NCBI RefSeq assembly: GCF_009914755.1
Contig: NC_060932.1
Reading direction: 5' to 3' (one strand)
Source: the human T2T-CHM13v2.0 reference genome, Homo sapiens
DNA length: 64,000 nt
Shown here: positions 1 to 13,619 of the stretch, in pieces
Layout: every line of letters starts with the position of its first letter
Position numbering within the stretch: the first letter of the stretch is position 1
Position numbers and translations under genes: made by a program
Notes under the pieces: model-generated
The model's database searches: none
Told to the model about the DNA's origin: nothing
What the model saw: the letters and a program-made list of their open reading frames with translations, nothing else

Positions 1-444
1 GTCAGGTTATTATAGTGATTTAAATTCATTTGTTGAATAGTTTTGTAATGACTGGGCCTTAAGTGAGACATTTATGTGGGAAATTTACTGTCTGGTTTGA
101 TTGACTCAATGCAGAGTTTTTCTGCTTTTGTGCTTCGGAGGGTCCATTTGAAGATCCCTCTTTGTCTTTGGTCTCATGAGGGAAGAACTAACAGAGCCAC
201 TAAGGCCAGATCACCTCTTATAGTCCTAGCATAAAAGAGAAGCCTCTTTTATGAGGACATGCACATTTTATAATTTAAGATCCCACAGAGGATTTCCGTG
301 CATCAAAAAATGCATGTCTGTGTTAAAAGTTTTAAAAGCTTTCTGGATTGTCCTAGGGATTGTGATCAGTAATAATGAGAGGGGTGGATTCCACCCTAGA
401 ACAGCCCCAGGTCAGCAGATAAGCAATGCATTCAAAGCTAACTG

Positions 445-575
445 GGGCCAAGCACAGTGGCATGCACCTGTAGTCTCAGCTACTTGGGGTGCCGAGGCAC
501 GAGGATCCCTGGAGCCCAGGAGCTCAAGTCTACCCTGGGCAACACAGTGAGACCTTGTTTATAATAACAACAAAT
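445..575 (+). mobile_element. Alu monomer (FLAM-like)
   Basis: ggcc..cagtggcatgcacctgtagtctcagctact..ctgggcaacacagtgagacc followed by an A-rich tail. Confidence 0.8.
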
Positions 576-616
576 ACTGACTCCTGGATTCCATCCTTTA
601 ATAAGAAAAACCATCT

Positions 617-790
617 TGGGTTCAAAGTCTGGCTCTATTATTTACCAGCTGTCTGAACTTTACTATGAGCCTCAGCTTTCTTAGCTGTAAAGATTGAGAA
701 AATTAAAGTATGTACCTCATGAGCTGTCGTAACCCTGAAATGAGATAGTATGTTCCAGGCACACAGATTCTAAGTGTTCAATAAATGTCA
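617..790 (+). mobile_element. MIR SINE
   Basis: tgggttcaaagtctggctct...gagcctcagctttc...ctgtaaa...gtacctcat...tcaataaatg, matching the MIR core and tail. Confidence 0.7.
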
Positions 791-968
791 GATTTTCGCT
801 TGAGCCATTACTCAGCAATAAACTGTTTTGACCATTCCCTGTTCCCATCTCCTTCTGGGCCCCAGGATGAGGGAAACGCCTCAAACTCAAAATACCTAAA
901 TATCTTAGTCAATTTTAACATCTAATCCTTAGGGGTTACACTTTTGGTAAATGTAAGAAAAAAGATGG

Positions 969-1270
969 GGCTGGGTGTGGTGGCTCATACCTGTAATCCC
1001 AGCACTTTGGAGTAGACGGACATCTTGAGCCCCAGAATTTGAGACCAGCCTGGGCAACACAATGAGACCCCGTCTCTACAAAAAATTTTTAAAATTTGCC
1101 AGGCATGGTGGTACCTACGTGTAGTCCTAGCTACTCAGGAGGCTGAGGAAATAGGATCCCTTGAGCCCAGGAGTTCAAGGTTGCAGTGAGCTATGATCAC
1201 GCCTTTGCATTCCAGCCTGGGCAACATAGGGAGTCCCTGTCTCTATAGAAAAAAGGAAAGAAAAGAAAAA
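969..1270 (+). mobile_element. AluJ
   Basis: Dimeric Alu with J-type ttgagcccaggagttcaaggttgcagtgagctatgat and a decayed A tail. Confidence 0.9.
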
Positions 1271-1387
1271 GGGAGGGAGGGGGGAAGAATAGAACCTCTA
1301 GCAACATACTCTTAACTACTTTATAAATGATTCTCCTGAAGAATTGGCCATGATGATGAATTTTCACAGGAGATTGTTTTAAAGATT

Positions 1388-1967
1388 TGAAATGGCTACG
1401 TTGTCTGGGGGTTTGTTGTCTCATGCTGAGAAAAAATTCAGGATATGGACACGTGTGGATGGGTTAAGGAGTAGAAAGTTTAATAGAAGAAAGGAGAGGA
1501 GCTCCTTGAGAGAGAGATACACGTCCAATAAAGTGGTGAGGCTGCGGACTGCAGCAGATTTTACAGGCAGGCTGGAGAAGGCGGTGTCTGATTTACAGAG
1601 GGCTCACAGATTGGTTCAATCAGGTATGACGTTTACATAGGGCCCAGGAAAGGCTGGTTGCTCCACCCTAATCTTATTATTCAAATAGGCTTTCCAGTTG
1701 ATTGGCACCATCTTATCAGTTCTTTACTGTACACGTGGCTGACAGAAGGGAAGATGGAGCCGCCTTCTTGAACATGTCTAGTCCCTAGTCCCTGCCAGCA
1801 TTCACCCGTGCAAACTCCCAGCTTGCTTATGTCTGCAGTTCGACTTTACAGGCTGCTCTTTGTTAGAAAATGATTTGGGGCTGCTTTTCGTTAAAGAGAA
1901 AGGCCTTACCGAGGACTCCCATACCCTTACTAGCTGTCTAAGTGATTTCTTCTTAACTCCTGTATCA
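1388..1967 (-). mobile_element. Solo ERV1 LTR, MER61-like
   Basis: Reverse complement begins TGATACAGGAGTTAAGAAGAAATCACTTAG and ends ..GCCATTTCA. Clearly homologous to the LTR at 16620. Confidence 0.8.
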
Positions 1968-2269
1968 CTTTCTGTAGTAAGGATAGGAGCTTCTAATTAA
2001 ATGCTCTTCATTTCTATCAACATAGTTTTTTCCTGAGTCTAGATGATCATGTTGCTCCTTCAGCAGTTCATTTTTCAACAGTTACAGAAAGCCTCCCCTG
2101 GGCAGGGCTTTGGTAGGATATCCTGAATACAGAGATGAATAGGATGCAACTCTTGCCCCCAAGAAGCTGCTATCTTGAGGGGAAGACAGACAAGAGAAGC
2201 AACCGGCAACTGCTCTGACTGTGGTAGTAACAAGCGTTGCTAATATGAACTGACTACCAGAACCAGTTC

Positions 2270-2585
2270 TGAAAGACTGAACATACAAACAGCAGTGGTC
2301 AGACCACACGTGACAATAAAGCTACAACCTCTGCAGCAACCAGCCCCAAACCATCAGAGCTTGGGCAATGACTGCAGGCTTCCCTAATATATGTTCCCCT
2401 AACTAATCACATATGACGGCCCCCTACTTAGCCTGCTTCCAGTTTCCCCACACGAGCACCTTTCAGTCAGAACACATCCAATGACTTCCCTTTTCTTGTA
2501 TCTTCCTCTCTACCTAAGTGATGGTAGCTCTAAATAAATAGCCTCTGTTTGTTCTTATCTTGGTGATCTTTGTTCATTTCCACAG
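2270..2585 (+). mobile_element. Degraded LTR (possibly ERVL class), family uncertain
   Basis: cagacca..caacctctgcagcaaccagccc motif, an AATAAA near the end and a terminal ..ccaca. Confidence 0.4.
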
Positions 2586-2869
2586 CACTAAACACTGAAT
2601 GTATACTAATTCATTTATCTGCTAAAACCCCCTGAAAAAATATATAATCAATCCCAATTTTATAGAGAAGGAAGCTGAGGCACAGCAAGCTTAAGTAACT
2701 TGCCTCATAGCACACAGCTAGTCAGGAAGGATGAGATTCAAACACAAGCAGTTCACTTCTACACTCTTGAGTCCTAACCACTGTGCCATACTTCATTTTC
2801 TGTCAAAGAGCCATAGAAACAGAAGGGACATCCAAACTGTCCTGGGGTTACCAGCCATCTTCACCACAG

Positions 2870-3636
2870 AGGTGAAGTCTGAGGTGATATTTCTGGGGGA
2901 AATACAATTTAAAACAAAGTCTCCCAACTCAAAAGCTAGTAAAGTTTTATCATTGAGTAGTCACTAAAAGCAACCCGTTAAGAGATTGCAAAGACAGAAA
3001 TTTCCTCCTTTTATATAGCTGAGCAGCAATCACCCATTACATACATATTTTCAGGAGAAAATATAACTAGTTCTCAGGAGGAATTCACAGCACCATTTGT
3101 CACACATTGTTCTAGATTCACATGGTCATCGAGATGACCATTTATGTTACTTGATTAGTTTTATCCAAAGGAAAAGCAAACTTCTCAAATCTTTATGCCA
3201 CCTGCCAGAGATTTTTTAAACATATTTATTTTTAAAGCTGTTATCAGTGCCCCCCCTCCCCTCCAGCAGTGTCGTTTAATCAGTCTTCTCAAATCTTTAT
3301 GACAGGAGGTAGTTGTGCAACTTGGAGCAAAGTGCTCACCAAAGTTAGCCTCCTACCCTCCCACAGAAACTGGGGTATAGGGTGCTATTCTCTCGATGTT
3401 TACATTTGAAGGAGATGGTTCTCAGATCCTTGAAAAAAACATTCCTGGGTGTTAAAGACAAAAGGCCTGTCAGCTTTCAAAACAATTTATATACGTTACA
3501 GAGAGAAGAGAAAGTACTTACAACTTTTCTAAAGTAAATGCTCTAAGAGAAAAGAAAAGGGGGAAGGAAATCTCTTCCCATTTTCAACAGGGAGAACTAA
3601 GCCTCTCATTTTTAATTTTTATTTGTTGCCCTTACA
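2870..3636 (-). mobile_element. Old solo ERV1-class LTR, family uncertain
   Basis: Reverse complement starts TGTAAGGGCAACAAATAAAAATTAAAAATGAGAGGCTTAG with LTR-like composition. Left boundary approximate. Confidence 0.55.
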
Positions 3637-3783
3637 CCTCCTAAAGGGAAAATAAGAATTGACTTCATCTTCATGCATACCAGTGGCCCATGGTCAGAGC
3701 CTTGGCTGAGCAGCGTGGAACCTGGTCCTGAAAGCCCTGCTTTGGCCTGCAGAAGGGATGTATTCCAGCTACCCTTGTCCTCT

Positions 3784-4325
3784 TGTTATAGGAAAGGGGT
3801 CCCAGCCCAGACCCCAAGAGAGGGCTCTTGCATCTTGGGCAAGAAGGAATTCAGGGCAAGTCTGTAAAGAGAAAGCAAGTTTATTAAGAAAGTAAAGGAA
3901 TAAAAGAATGGCTACTCCATAGACCGAGCAGCCCCAAGGGCTGCTAGTTGCTCATTTTTATGGTTATTTCTTGATGATATGCTAAACAGGGGTGGATTCA
4001 TGCCTTCTCTTTTTAGACCATATAGGGTAACTTCCTGACATTACCGTGGCATTTGTAAACTATCATGGCACTCGCCGGTGGGAGTGTAGCAGTGAGGATG
4101 ACCAGAGGTCACTCTTGTTCTCTGGTCGGTGGGTTTTGGCCGGCTTCTTTACTGCAACCTGTTTTATCAGGAAGGTCTTTATGACCTGTATCTTGTGCTG
4201 ACCTCCAATCTCATACTGTGACTTAGAATGCCTTAACCGTCGGGAATGCAGCCCAGTAGGTCTCAGCTCCATTGTACCCAGCTCCTATTCAAGATGGAGT
4301 TGCTCTGGTTCAAATGCCTCTGACA
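3784..4325 (-). mobile_element. Solo LTR MER41A
   Basis: Reverse complement starts TGTCAGAGGCATTTGAACCAGAGCAACTCCATCTTGAATAGG. TG..CA termini, 4-bp TSD CTCT on both sides, ~540 bp. Confidence 0.9.
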
Positions 4326-5549
4326 CTCTTTCCCCCTTAAGTAACCAATAACCATATTAAGAAAATAACTTTCTCCTAATAGGGTAGCAAGTTAGGTGGT
4401 CCAGAGTAAATGGTGTAATGGAAAACTCCTGCCATACCTGGGGGCACTTCTGTTTCCATGTGTATAAAATCACTAGGTTAGACTGGGTGCCTCCAACATG
4501 CATGTCCAGCCTAGACATTCTCTAATTCCAACTCCGTGTGCACTCTCCTCCCGTTCTTTGAAGCCAGCATTCAAACATGGCTGTCTGGTTTTAGTTGCTG
4601 GCAGGCGAGAGAGGGTTTGTTTATGGCCACTGCCACCTGCCAGATTTATTTTTAAAGCTGCTTATCAGTGTCCCCCCAGCAGTATCATTTAGACATTTAG
4701 ATCACACAGCTTCTAGTGTGGAATGTGGAATGTGGCTTTCCTCACAGTAAATGAAAAACAGCTCCACGGGATTGCTGAGGAATGGGGACCCTTGGGAGAA
4801 AGAAAGGGAATATCTACGACCATGTTCTTCGTGAAGCACATTGCACTATGCAATTTATATGCCTTATCCCAAGTCATCCTACTCAAAGCAACCTTTAAGA
4901 AATCACTCTTTTAAGAGACAAAGATTAAAACATTTATTTTACAAGTTAATCCCACAAATGGACAGGCAGCCAAGGTAAATTCTATCCCTGGTACATCAAC
5001 AACCAAAACTCTAAGGGAGGTTTCTATGCTTCCAGTTTGATGTGAAAAACAGCTGTCAGCATCTATTATGGCTACATACTTATATGTTATGTTCTAAAGT
5101 TTCAACAGTGAATAAGATAAATTCTTAGCATCCTGAAGTTCACAACTTAGCTGGGGATGGTGGTAGATAGATCATTTAAATAGTATTTAGCAAGATCAGA
5201 CAAGAGCAGACAAGGGAGATATTTTTATATAAAGATTTTTAAGATAGGGTGTATAATGTGAATGTATAGGAAATTTGAAAAGCACAAAAAGGTAGAAAAA
5301 ATAGCACACATATGTATACCATCTAAAGAAAACTTGCTAATGGTTTGGTTATTCCTAATATTTTCTCTATGCATAAATTTTAGTTCCCTTTACATAATAG
5401 TAATCATTCCATACTTAAAATAGTGCCTCTTCATTTTGTTCCACTCAGTTTTCTAATGAGCATTCCCCTACATTATACTAGCAATATTATTAACTCTTTA
5501 TATTCTCAAAATAAAAATGCCAGTTTAATTATTGTGTTTGTCCTCAACA

Positions 5550-6990
5550 TTTATTCATTTAAAAAATTTGAGCACACAGAAAAGTTGAAATGGAACAATG
5601 ATCAGCCATAGATCCACCACCAAGATTCAACACTTGCTAATATTTTGCCATATTTATTTTGTCAATATATTTGGGTATACTCCATTGATATATGAAGTAT
5701 ATTTGAGTATTTGTATGTATATATGCCTATTTTTTGACTGAACAATTTAAGCTGTAGACATTCTGTCACTCTACCCCTAAATACCTCAGCATGCATCTCT
5801 CAGGAATATAGACAGTGTCCTACATAACCACAATGCTGTCACCACATATAAGTAAATAATGATTCCCTAATATAATCTGATATCCACACCATATTCATGT
5901 CTCCATCTAGAAAAAGAATGCCCTATTGCCCCCAAAATGTCTTATATAGCTGTTTCCTTTTCAAAACAAGACTCAATCATGGTTTATGTACTGCTTTGCA
6001 TTATTATATCTCTTTGGTCTATGTTAAAACAATCTTCTGACATTTTCCCCTCATGTTGACTATTTGATGAGACTAGGCTTGCTTTATCTGGTTGTTTTCT
6101 CATCATATTGCTTATCTTATTCTCTATCCTCTGTATTTCCCGTGAAGTGTAAGTTAGATACAACAGCATTTATCAAGTTGTTTAATATGTGATACTGTTT
6201 ACTCCATAGCGGATCATGCCAGGAGGCACATGCTATCAGATGGCTCACTATTAGTGATGCTGTGTTTGCTCACTTGACTATGTTGGTAAATACAAGATTT
6301 CTTCACTGTAAAGGCACATTTTCCCCTCTGCCGTTAGCAAAGGGTAACGTGGTGGTGTGGGGAATTCCTGTTCTGCTCTACCCAAAGGCTTTAATAACTA
6401 CTGGCAATCTTAATTATTTCATTGGTTTTATAAAAATTTTTCTAACCCTTCCTTACATCTGTCTGTCTAAGCTATTGATCGATCTATTTACCTATCTACT
6501 ATCATTTTTTCTCCATTTATTGGTTGGCATTTATCTGTTAAAAAGAGCTTTCCCTCATCAGTTGGAAATAAATCAGTCACCCTCCTCCCCCACCCCCCAA
6601 AAAGATAGGACAAATACATAATTATATCACTTAATAACCAAATTTTAGAATTCAGAGTTGGTATAAGAGTCATCTCTAATGATTTTTCCCTTGCTTTTTT
6701 TGTTGTTATTGTTATCACTATAGATTCATGGATTTTTAACAAATATGTTGTAAGCTCCATCCACTGAAGAATCTAGAAGTAAAATCACCCAGTAGCAAAG
6801 AAGACTCCTAGCACGTAGATCCTGGTTTCTATACATCAGCTCCTACTAAAAACCAACCAACCAAAGAAACAAAAATCAGGGATTTTTGGGGAAATGGCTG
6901 ACTCCAGGTCTAGGGCAGATAAAATCCAAAATGAGTCTGGGATATCTCAGTGGGGCAAATAGGACAATTTGAACATCCAAAAGAAAAATG
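5550..6990. mobile_element. Old L1MC/ME-class 3' fragments
   Basis: L1M 3'UTR-like text (cacacagaaaagttgaaa.., cccctaaatacctcagcatgcatct.., cacccagtagcaa..cctagcac). Boundaries approximate. Confidence 0.55.
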
Positions 6991-7260
6991 ACTATGCTTT
7001 GTACATAAGACTTTTTCTGAGTTTTGAATTATTTCCTTAACTTAGCTATCCAGAAATGGAATTCCTACATTCAGCATATAAGATTATATATGACATACAA
7101 TACACACATGTAGTTGTATGCATGTATATATTTGTATATAACTACATGTGTATTTTTGTGGTCATACATGATCTTATATATGTATGTACATGCATGTATG
7201 TGGATGTAACTATATATACACTTAAATACATGTATACATATATATGCAGTGTGTGTGTGC

Positions 7261-7261
<1 letters not shown>

Positions 7262-7300
<39 letters not shown>
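7262..7300. repeat. (TA)n microsatellite within a TA/TG low-complexity region
   Basis: About 19 perfect TA units seen directly. Confidence 0.97.
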
Positions 7301-7302
<2 letters not shown>

Positions 7303-8610
7303 CTTTTCCTAAAAGATTTTGTCAGCATACTTTCCTCCATTAGCATATGAGAATGCCTCATGTAATTCCAGTCAGGGGTGTGTTTTAATAAGGAATAATC
7401 ATTGCTGAAGGCATGTCCATTCCAAATGCAATCACTTCTCAGCCTCTGAAGGCATCCCTTCTGTAGGCATGGTGCAGTTTGGCACATTATATATGTGGTA
7501 TGACAAATCCAGTCTTCTCAAGGAGCTTTTTTTATTGTCTCCCATCCACGGATATCATTAGGCTACTAGATAGTCTCTTGAACTGTCTATTTTTATTAGC
7601 TCTGATTTTAAATTACATTTAGAGGATATTATTAGCTTATGACCTCTCCTTGGTGCTGAGCTGAATGCTGATGGTTGAAACAGGACAGGAAACCTCTGTG
7701 AAGAACGATACCCAGAGCAGCGGCATTTATCGAAGCTGTCAGTAAACACCTTTCCCCTGCAGCCTTCCCAATGCCCGATAGATGCATTGCGACCGTTCTA
7801 GCAGGGTGGTGGAGCTGGCGCAAGGCTCTTCATGATGATAACAAATGACACCTATCTCTAGGACAGAAGTAATTTAATATTCTCTGCCTCCTTTTTCTTT
7901 GCATTGATTTTCCTATAGGAATCTGGGCCTGTGGGACTTTTCTGGTACTTTCTCTATGGGCAGAAGATGTTTTCTGTTAAACTGCATGTTTCTATTGATG
8001 AAACAGTGTTGAAGTTAACAACTACCATAGTTAAAGGCTTTCCTTTAACAGGCCCTAGGCTAAGCACTGCATATGTGTTATTTCATTTATTTTTCAAAGC
8101 AACCGTATAGGGTACATGCTGTTAATAGCCTCAGTACAGTGAGACTTAAAGAGAGCAGGTGACTTACCCAAGATCACACAGCTAGTAAATTGTAGAGCCT
8201 GGCTTCAAATGCAGATCTGTCTATTCACAAGTCCTATTCACTTGACTATTTGCTATATGTGTTGTGCTATGCTATGCCATGCCATGCTATGCTATAATAT
8301 TAAGCTATCCAAAGCCAACCCACAGATAGAGATCAAAAGCATATACTAATGCCAGAGCAATGACAGCAATTACAGGGTTCCTCTTGAATATTTCAGAAAC
8401 AGCACATTTATTCATTATTAAATAAGTAGCCTACTTTTTTTCTTCCAGAACAAGTTGTCACTTAGACATGTAAAGTAGCAGAGGAATGGAGTTTGGCATC
8501 AAAGGACCTTGGTGCAAATCCTGGTTTTGTAACATCAGTTAGCAAATATCACCAAGCCTTGGTTTCCTTGGCTGTAAAATGGTAATAAAAACGCCATCTA
8601 CTTTGTCAGC

Positions 8611-8946
8611 TAGCCAAAAAGGGCATGCATGAAACACCATGCAAGTTATAAAGTGCCATAGCCAAAAAGGGCATGCATGAAACACCATGCAAGTTATAAA
8701 GTGCGATAGCCAAAAAGGGTATGCATGAAACACCATGCAAGTTATAAAGTGCGATAGCCAAAAAGGGCATGCATGAAACACCATGCAAGTTATAAAGTGC
8801 CATAGCCAAAAAGGGCATGCATGAAACACCATGCAAGTTATAAAGTGCCATAGCCAAAAAGGGCGTGCATGAAACACCATGCAAGTTATAAAGTGCTATA
8901 GCCAAAAAGGGCATGCATGAAACACCATGCAAGTTATAAAGTGCCA
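8611..8946. repeat. Minisatellite, 7 x 48 bp
   Basis: Unit tagccaaaaagggcatgcatgaaacaccatgcaagttataaagtgcca at 8611, 8659, 8707, 8755, 8803, 8851 and 8899, with 0-2 substitutions per unit. Confidence 0.98.
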
Positions 8947-9469
8947 GAGCTGAGTTTATTAAGAGTAGAGAACAAAGGGGCAGCTGCAATCCTCTTACTG
9001 TGGCCCTAACTTATTCTCTGTTGATTTCTATTCTCTCTTCCAAGCATTCTGGATCCTAGCAATCGGTTAGCTCCTCTTAAGCTGACTCTACTTCAAATTA
9101 GAAGAACTGGATGAAGTTCTTAGTGTATAACATACTGCTCAGCAGAGCTTAAGTTACCTGTGAATGATCTCTGGAAATAAGACTGTTTTGTACATTGGAG
9201 ACCATTTTTCCATGAGTTTTGGACTTATTTCTTGAGTCTCTCCCAGCCATCAAGTCCTTAACTCTGCCTTTCATCAATGCCAGAAGTTAGAGCCAGATAG
9301 CCCTAGAAAACATCTGGCCATTTGACAGATGAGAAAACTGAGACTCAAGAAGACGAATACCATTGGATGGTGATTATGAAGACAATTATGGAATCATCTC
9401 ATGTTAGAGCTAGGCAGGCTCTTAAAAACCTTCTAGTCCAATTTTCTGGCAATTAGATGAATAAGTTGG

Positions 9470-9700
9470 GAGGCAGCCTGCTATAATGGAAAGAGTATGA
9501 GCTTTGGTATCATACAGACCTGGGTTCAAATTCCAGTTGGTTGGCTTGTTGCCTGTGTGACCTTGGAAAAGTTACTTGATCTCTGTGATTTCATTTCTTC
9601 ATCTACATAAGGGAGACCTACCTTGCTTATTGCTATGATTGATAGACTAATAGAATAAACAAACCTGGGACAAAGTGAGTGATCCGTAAAGCATTGCAAT
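9470..9700 (+). mobile_element. MIR SINE
   Basis: ggaaagagtatgagctttgg..cagacctgggttcaaattcc..tgtgtgaccttggaaaagttactt. Confidence 0.75.
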
Positions 9701-11089
9701 TACAGTTAGATATATTATTATCACTCCACTATTGATGGATGTGTAAAGGAAGAATTAAAATCAATAGAAGCTTTATATTTTTTCCCACAGTTTTCAAATA
9801 TTTTCTGAATGCCTATATGTGCAAGTCATTGCCTATGGGGCTAAGATTTCTCAATGGGAATGAAAGACTACATATATACATGTTTTCATGAAACATTTCT
9901 AGGTCATAGGACATTTAATGCTACTCTGAGTTGGGCCAGAGTTCCAGTTCAAAGGATGAATGAGACCATCTAGACTTTAACTCATGATTTTACCTGTAAT
10001 AAAAGTCCACTGCACTTCTTTACTAATTCAGACAGCCCTGCCACTCCCTCTCTATCCCTCAACCTTACCCCATGTATTCTATATATTTCTTATATCTCCC
10101 ATGATTATATTATAATGGCTGCCAGCAACCAAACCTACTTGTGAATGAGTCCTGATCTTTTTAGGGTGAATGGGTAAGTTAACACAAGACCACTGCCTCA
10201 GCAGAATCTCAGATTTTTGTATTGGGGTAAGAAATCAATCATACCTCCGAAGTCAAGTAATGCCCAGTCCATGTGTGATTCAGAGGAAGAAGCTTTATCA
10301 GCAATCGTGTGTAATAAAATGCTTCACTCCTACCAGCTCTGCCTCCCTCCTATCACCTTGAATTTCAATGCATAAAACCAAGAGGCAGGAGAAATGAGCG
10401 TCTCTGTCACCAAGAATAGGAGCTCCAGGAGATCAGAAATTCTGTTTTTCTTAATCAATCATTGTTAAGGCTCTAGTGCCTAGAACAGTGTGTGGCATAC
10501 AAAGGATCCCCAAAAGTGCCGAATGAAGGCGTGAACAAGAGAAAATGGCTCTTAACTTTTGCGGGGGTCCTATCTCACCCTTTGATAAATCAAGACATAC
10601 ATCCCTGACAGAAACTATGGCATAGTGCTCTAAAGAAACACATTACTCACAATTTTCAAATAAAATAGGCCATCTCTTATTGAGGGAACAGGAAGAGGGA
10701 GGGAGTGCTATAATAAAAGGATAACCCTACAATAACTAGTGGGGACAACCAAAAGAATGAAGAGTGACAGAAAAAAAGCCATTCAGCAAATGTGGGGCCA
10801 CTGTCACCAGTTTCCTCTTGAGAACTGACAGAGAAGACAGACTGTATCGGATTCAAAAGGGTCTGCCACCCAAGTAATCAGTCCCCTTTCTAATTACTGT
10901 AATATTTTTTCAGATGTCAAGTGTTTACAAGAAGAGTAGTACATGTGACGGAGCTTGTGTGTCTGTGTGGACACATGGGACCCTTTCCTTCCACAAATCT
11001 TGAAATAACATCATTCCTAGGCTTTTACTGTTCATCATAAAAATGGCTTCTCCCAGGACCAAAAAAAGCAACAACATTTATCAAAATAA

Positions 11090-11311
<222 letters not shown>

Positions 11312-11931
11312 TGAGTGGAGTTGCTAGTGGGAACATCAGAAATGGGAAGGGGCCTTTGCAGTCCTTGCTGGTGTCTGATAATGGCATTTCTTTAGAGCAG
11401 CCCTGTGGGAGAACTGGGAAGCCAGGAGGCAGTCAATTGGTGCTTTCCAACCTGTGTAGCTTTTCGAAGAAAAAGCTAAATATAAGACATATAAGACATA
11501 AAGTATGCCTTCCAGGAGCTTTCGATCTATTTGGGGAAAATAACACATTCATAAAATAGTTGTCAGAGCGTAGAAGACTCCGTAGTTTCAAAAGGGGGTG
11601 AGTCAAGCGATGAATGAGTTAGGAACTTGAAGTGAAGGGAATCATTGGGGCCTGAGGCTGTCAGGAAAGACTTCATAGAAAAGGTGGGATTTGAGCTGGC
11701 AGGTTGGACAGATGGAGGGTGGTGGGGCCTTGGGCTGGGTTCTAACTGGACTCTCGCTCTCTGCTCCACACCAACCTTTAACCATGATACAGGAATCCTC
11801 ATCATATAAATGTCAGGCTGCTCCTGCTTCAGGCAACATGCTCTTCTCCCATTTTCAGGGCTCTCCCTATGGGTCCTCAGAAAGTGGGAGTCGGAAACAC
11901 TTCCTGGGGTCTTAAGCATTCTGAGTGTTGA

Positions 11932-12156
<225 letters not shown>

Positions 12157-12493
12157 AGGATCATGGAGGACCCAGATCCTCGCCATATACTAATCCTCTC
12201 TTCCTTATCTGGGAGCATCTAAGAACATGTCCCATGCATGGCACTGTGCTGAGTGCTAAGGGGACAGATCAACCCTTCTTGGAAGAGATGGAAAAGAAAC
12301 ATTTCCTCCCTGCTCCAACCCCTGCCTCCAAGTTTCAAACTTGTAAGGCATGTTTTATTCCTTGGGCAGCATGAAATAAGGCACTTTCACCTCATGGTAA
12401 TCAACAATGACCTCAAATTGACTTAGATCAATGTTTTCTTTATGTAATTGGTTATATTCTGAGAAGTTTAGTTCTGGGTCAGAGATTTTATTA

Positions 12494-12800
<307 letters not shown>

Positions 12801-13317
12801 AGAGCAAACAAACTGAAAATATTATAGCAAATTACTAGATATTGAACCTGTCCCATATATCATAACCTTGTGTAATCCTTATAGTTTACAGAACACATTC
12901 ACTTAGGCTGTGAAACAGGCTTGCAGACAATGTCACATAAATCATCTAAAATACCTTATTGATGAAATTTCCATCTAGAGATGAGATGTTGTGGATTTTC
13001 TATTAAAGTCACCACTTGCAGAACATGTTCAATAGTAGTAGTTGGTTCTGGAGAAACCTATTTTGATTTACACTCTGTGGCAATTTCCAGATGGGAACTT
13101 TATAATGTGTTGTAAGATATATGAAATATAATTGTGTGGATGGGTCAGGGGCAGCTCCATGCCACCAGTAGGAATTCTCTTTCTTTTGTCAGATATACAA
13201 GCTCCACCAAGTATGGTGTTCCCATAGACCATGATACAAATGGCCATCCCTGGCACTATTCAGCACTTAGCCTGACCACCATATGTACCAGGTTTTATCA
13301 TGAATCTTAAGCACAAA

Positions 13318-13619
<302 letters not shown>

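Noticed and set aside
1770-1779. p53 response element in the MER61 LTR
   Set aside because: Only one perfect half-site (GAACATGTCT); the adjacent decamers do not fit RRRCWWGYYY.
3784-4325. MER41 as an interferon-gamma/STAT1 enhancer
   Set aside because: That activity is tied to tandem GAS motifs in MER41B. This copy has the shorter MER41A structure and I see no tandem TTCnnnGAA there.
7056-7487. 95 and 138 aa ORFs rich in Y/I/H/C
   Set aside because: Translations of the TA/TG low-complexity tract.
7832-7920. Possible intronic C/D box snoRNA (ATGATGA)
   Set aside because: No D box (CTGA) or terminal stem at a suitable distance.
8539-8989. Repetitive ORFs (113 and 127 aa) and CRISPR-like periodicity
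   Set aside because: The 48-bp unit is a multiple of 3, so open frames are an artefact. Units are contiguous with no unique spacers, there are no cas genes, and the DNA is primate.
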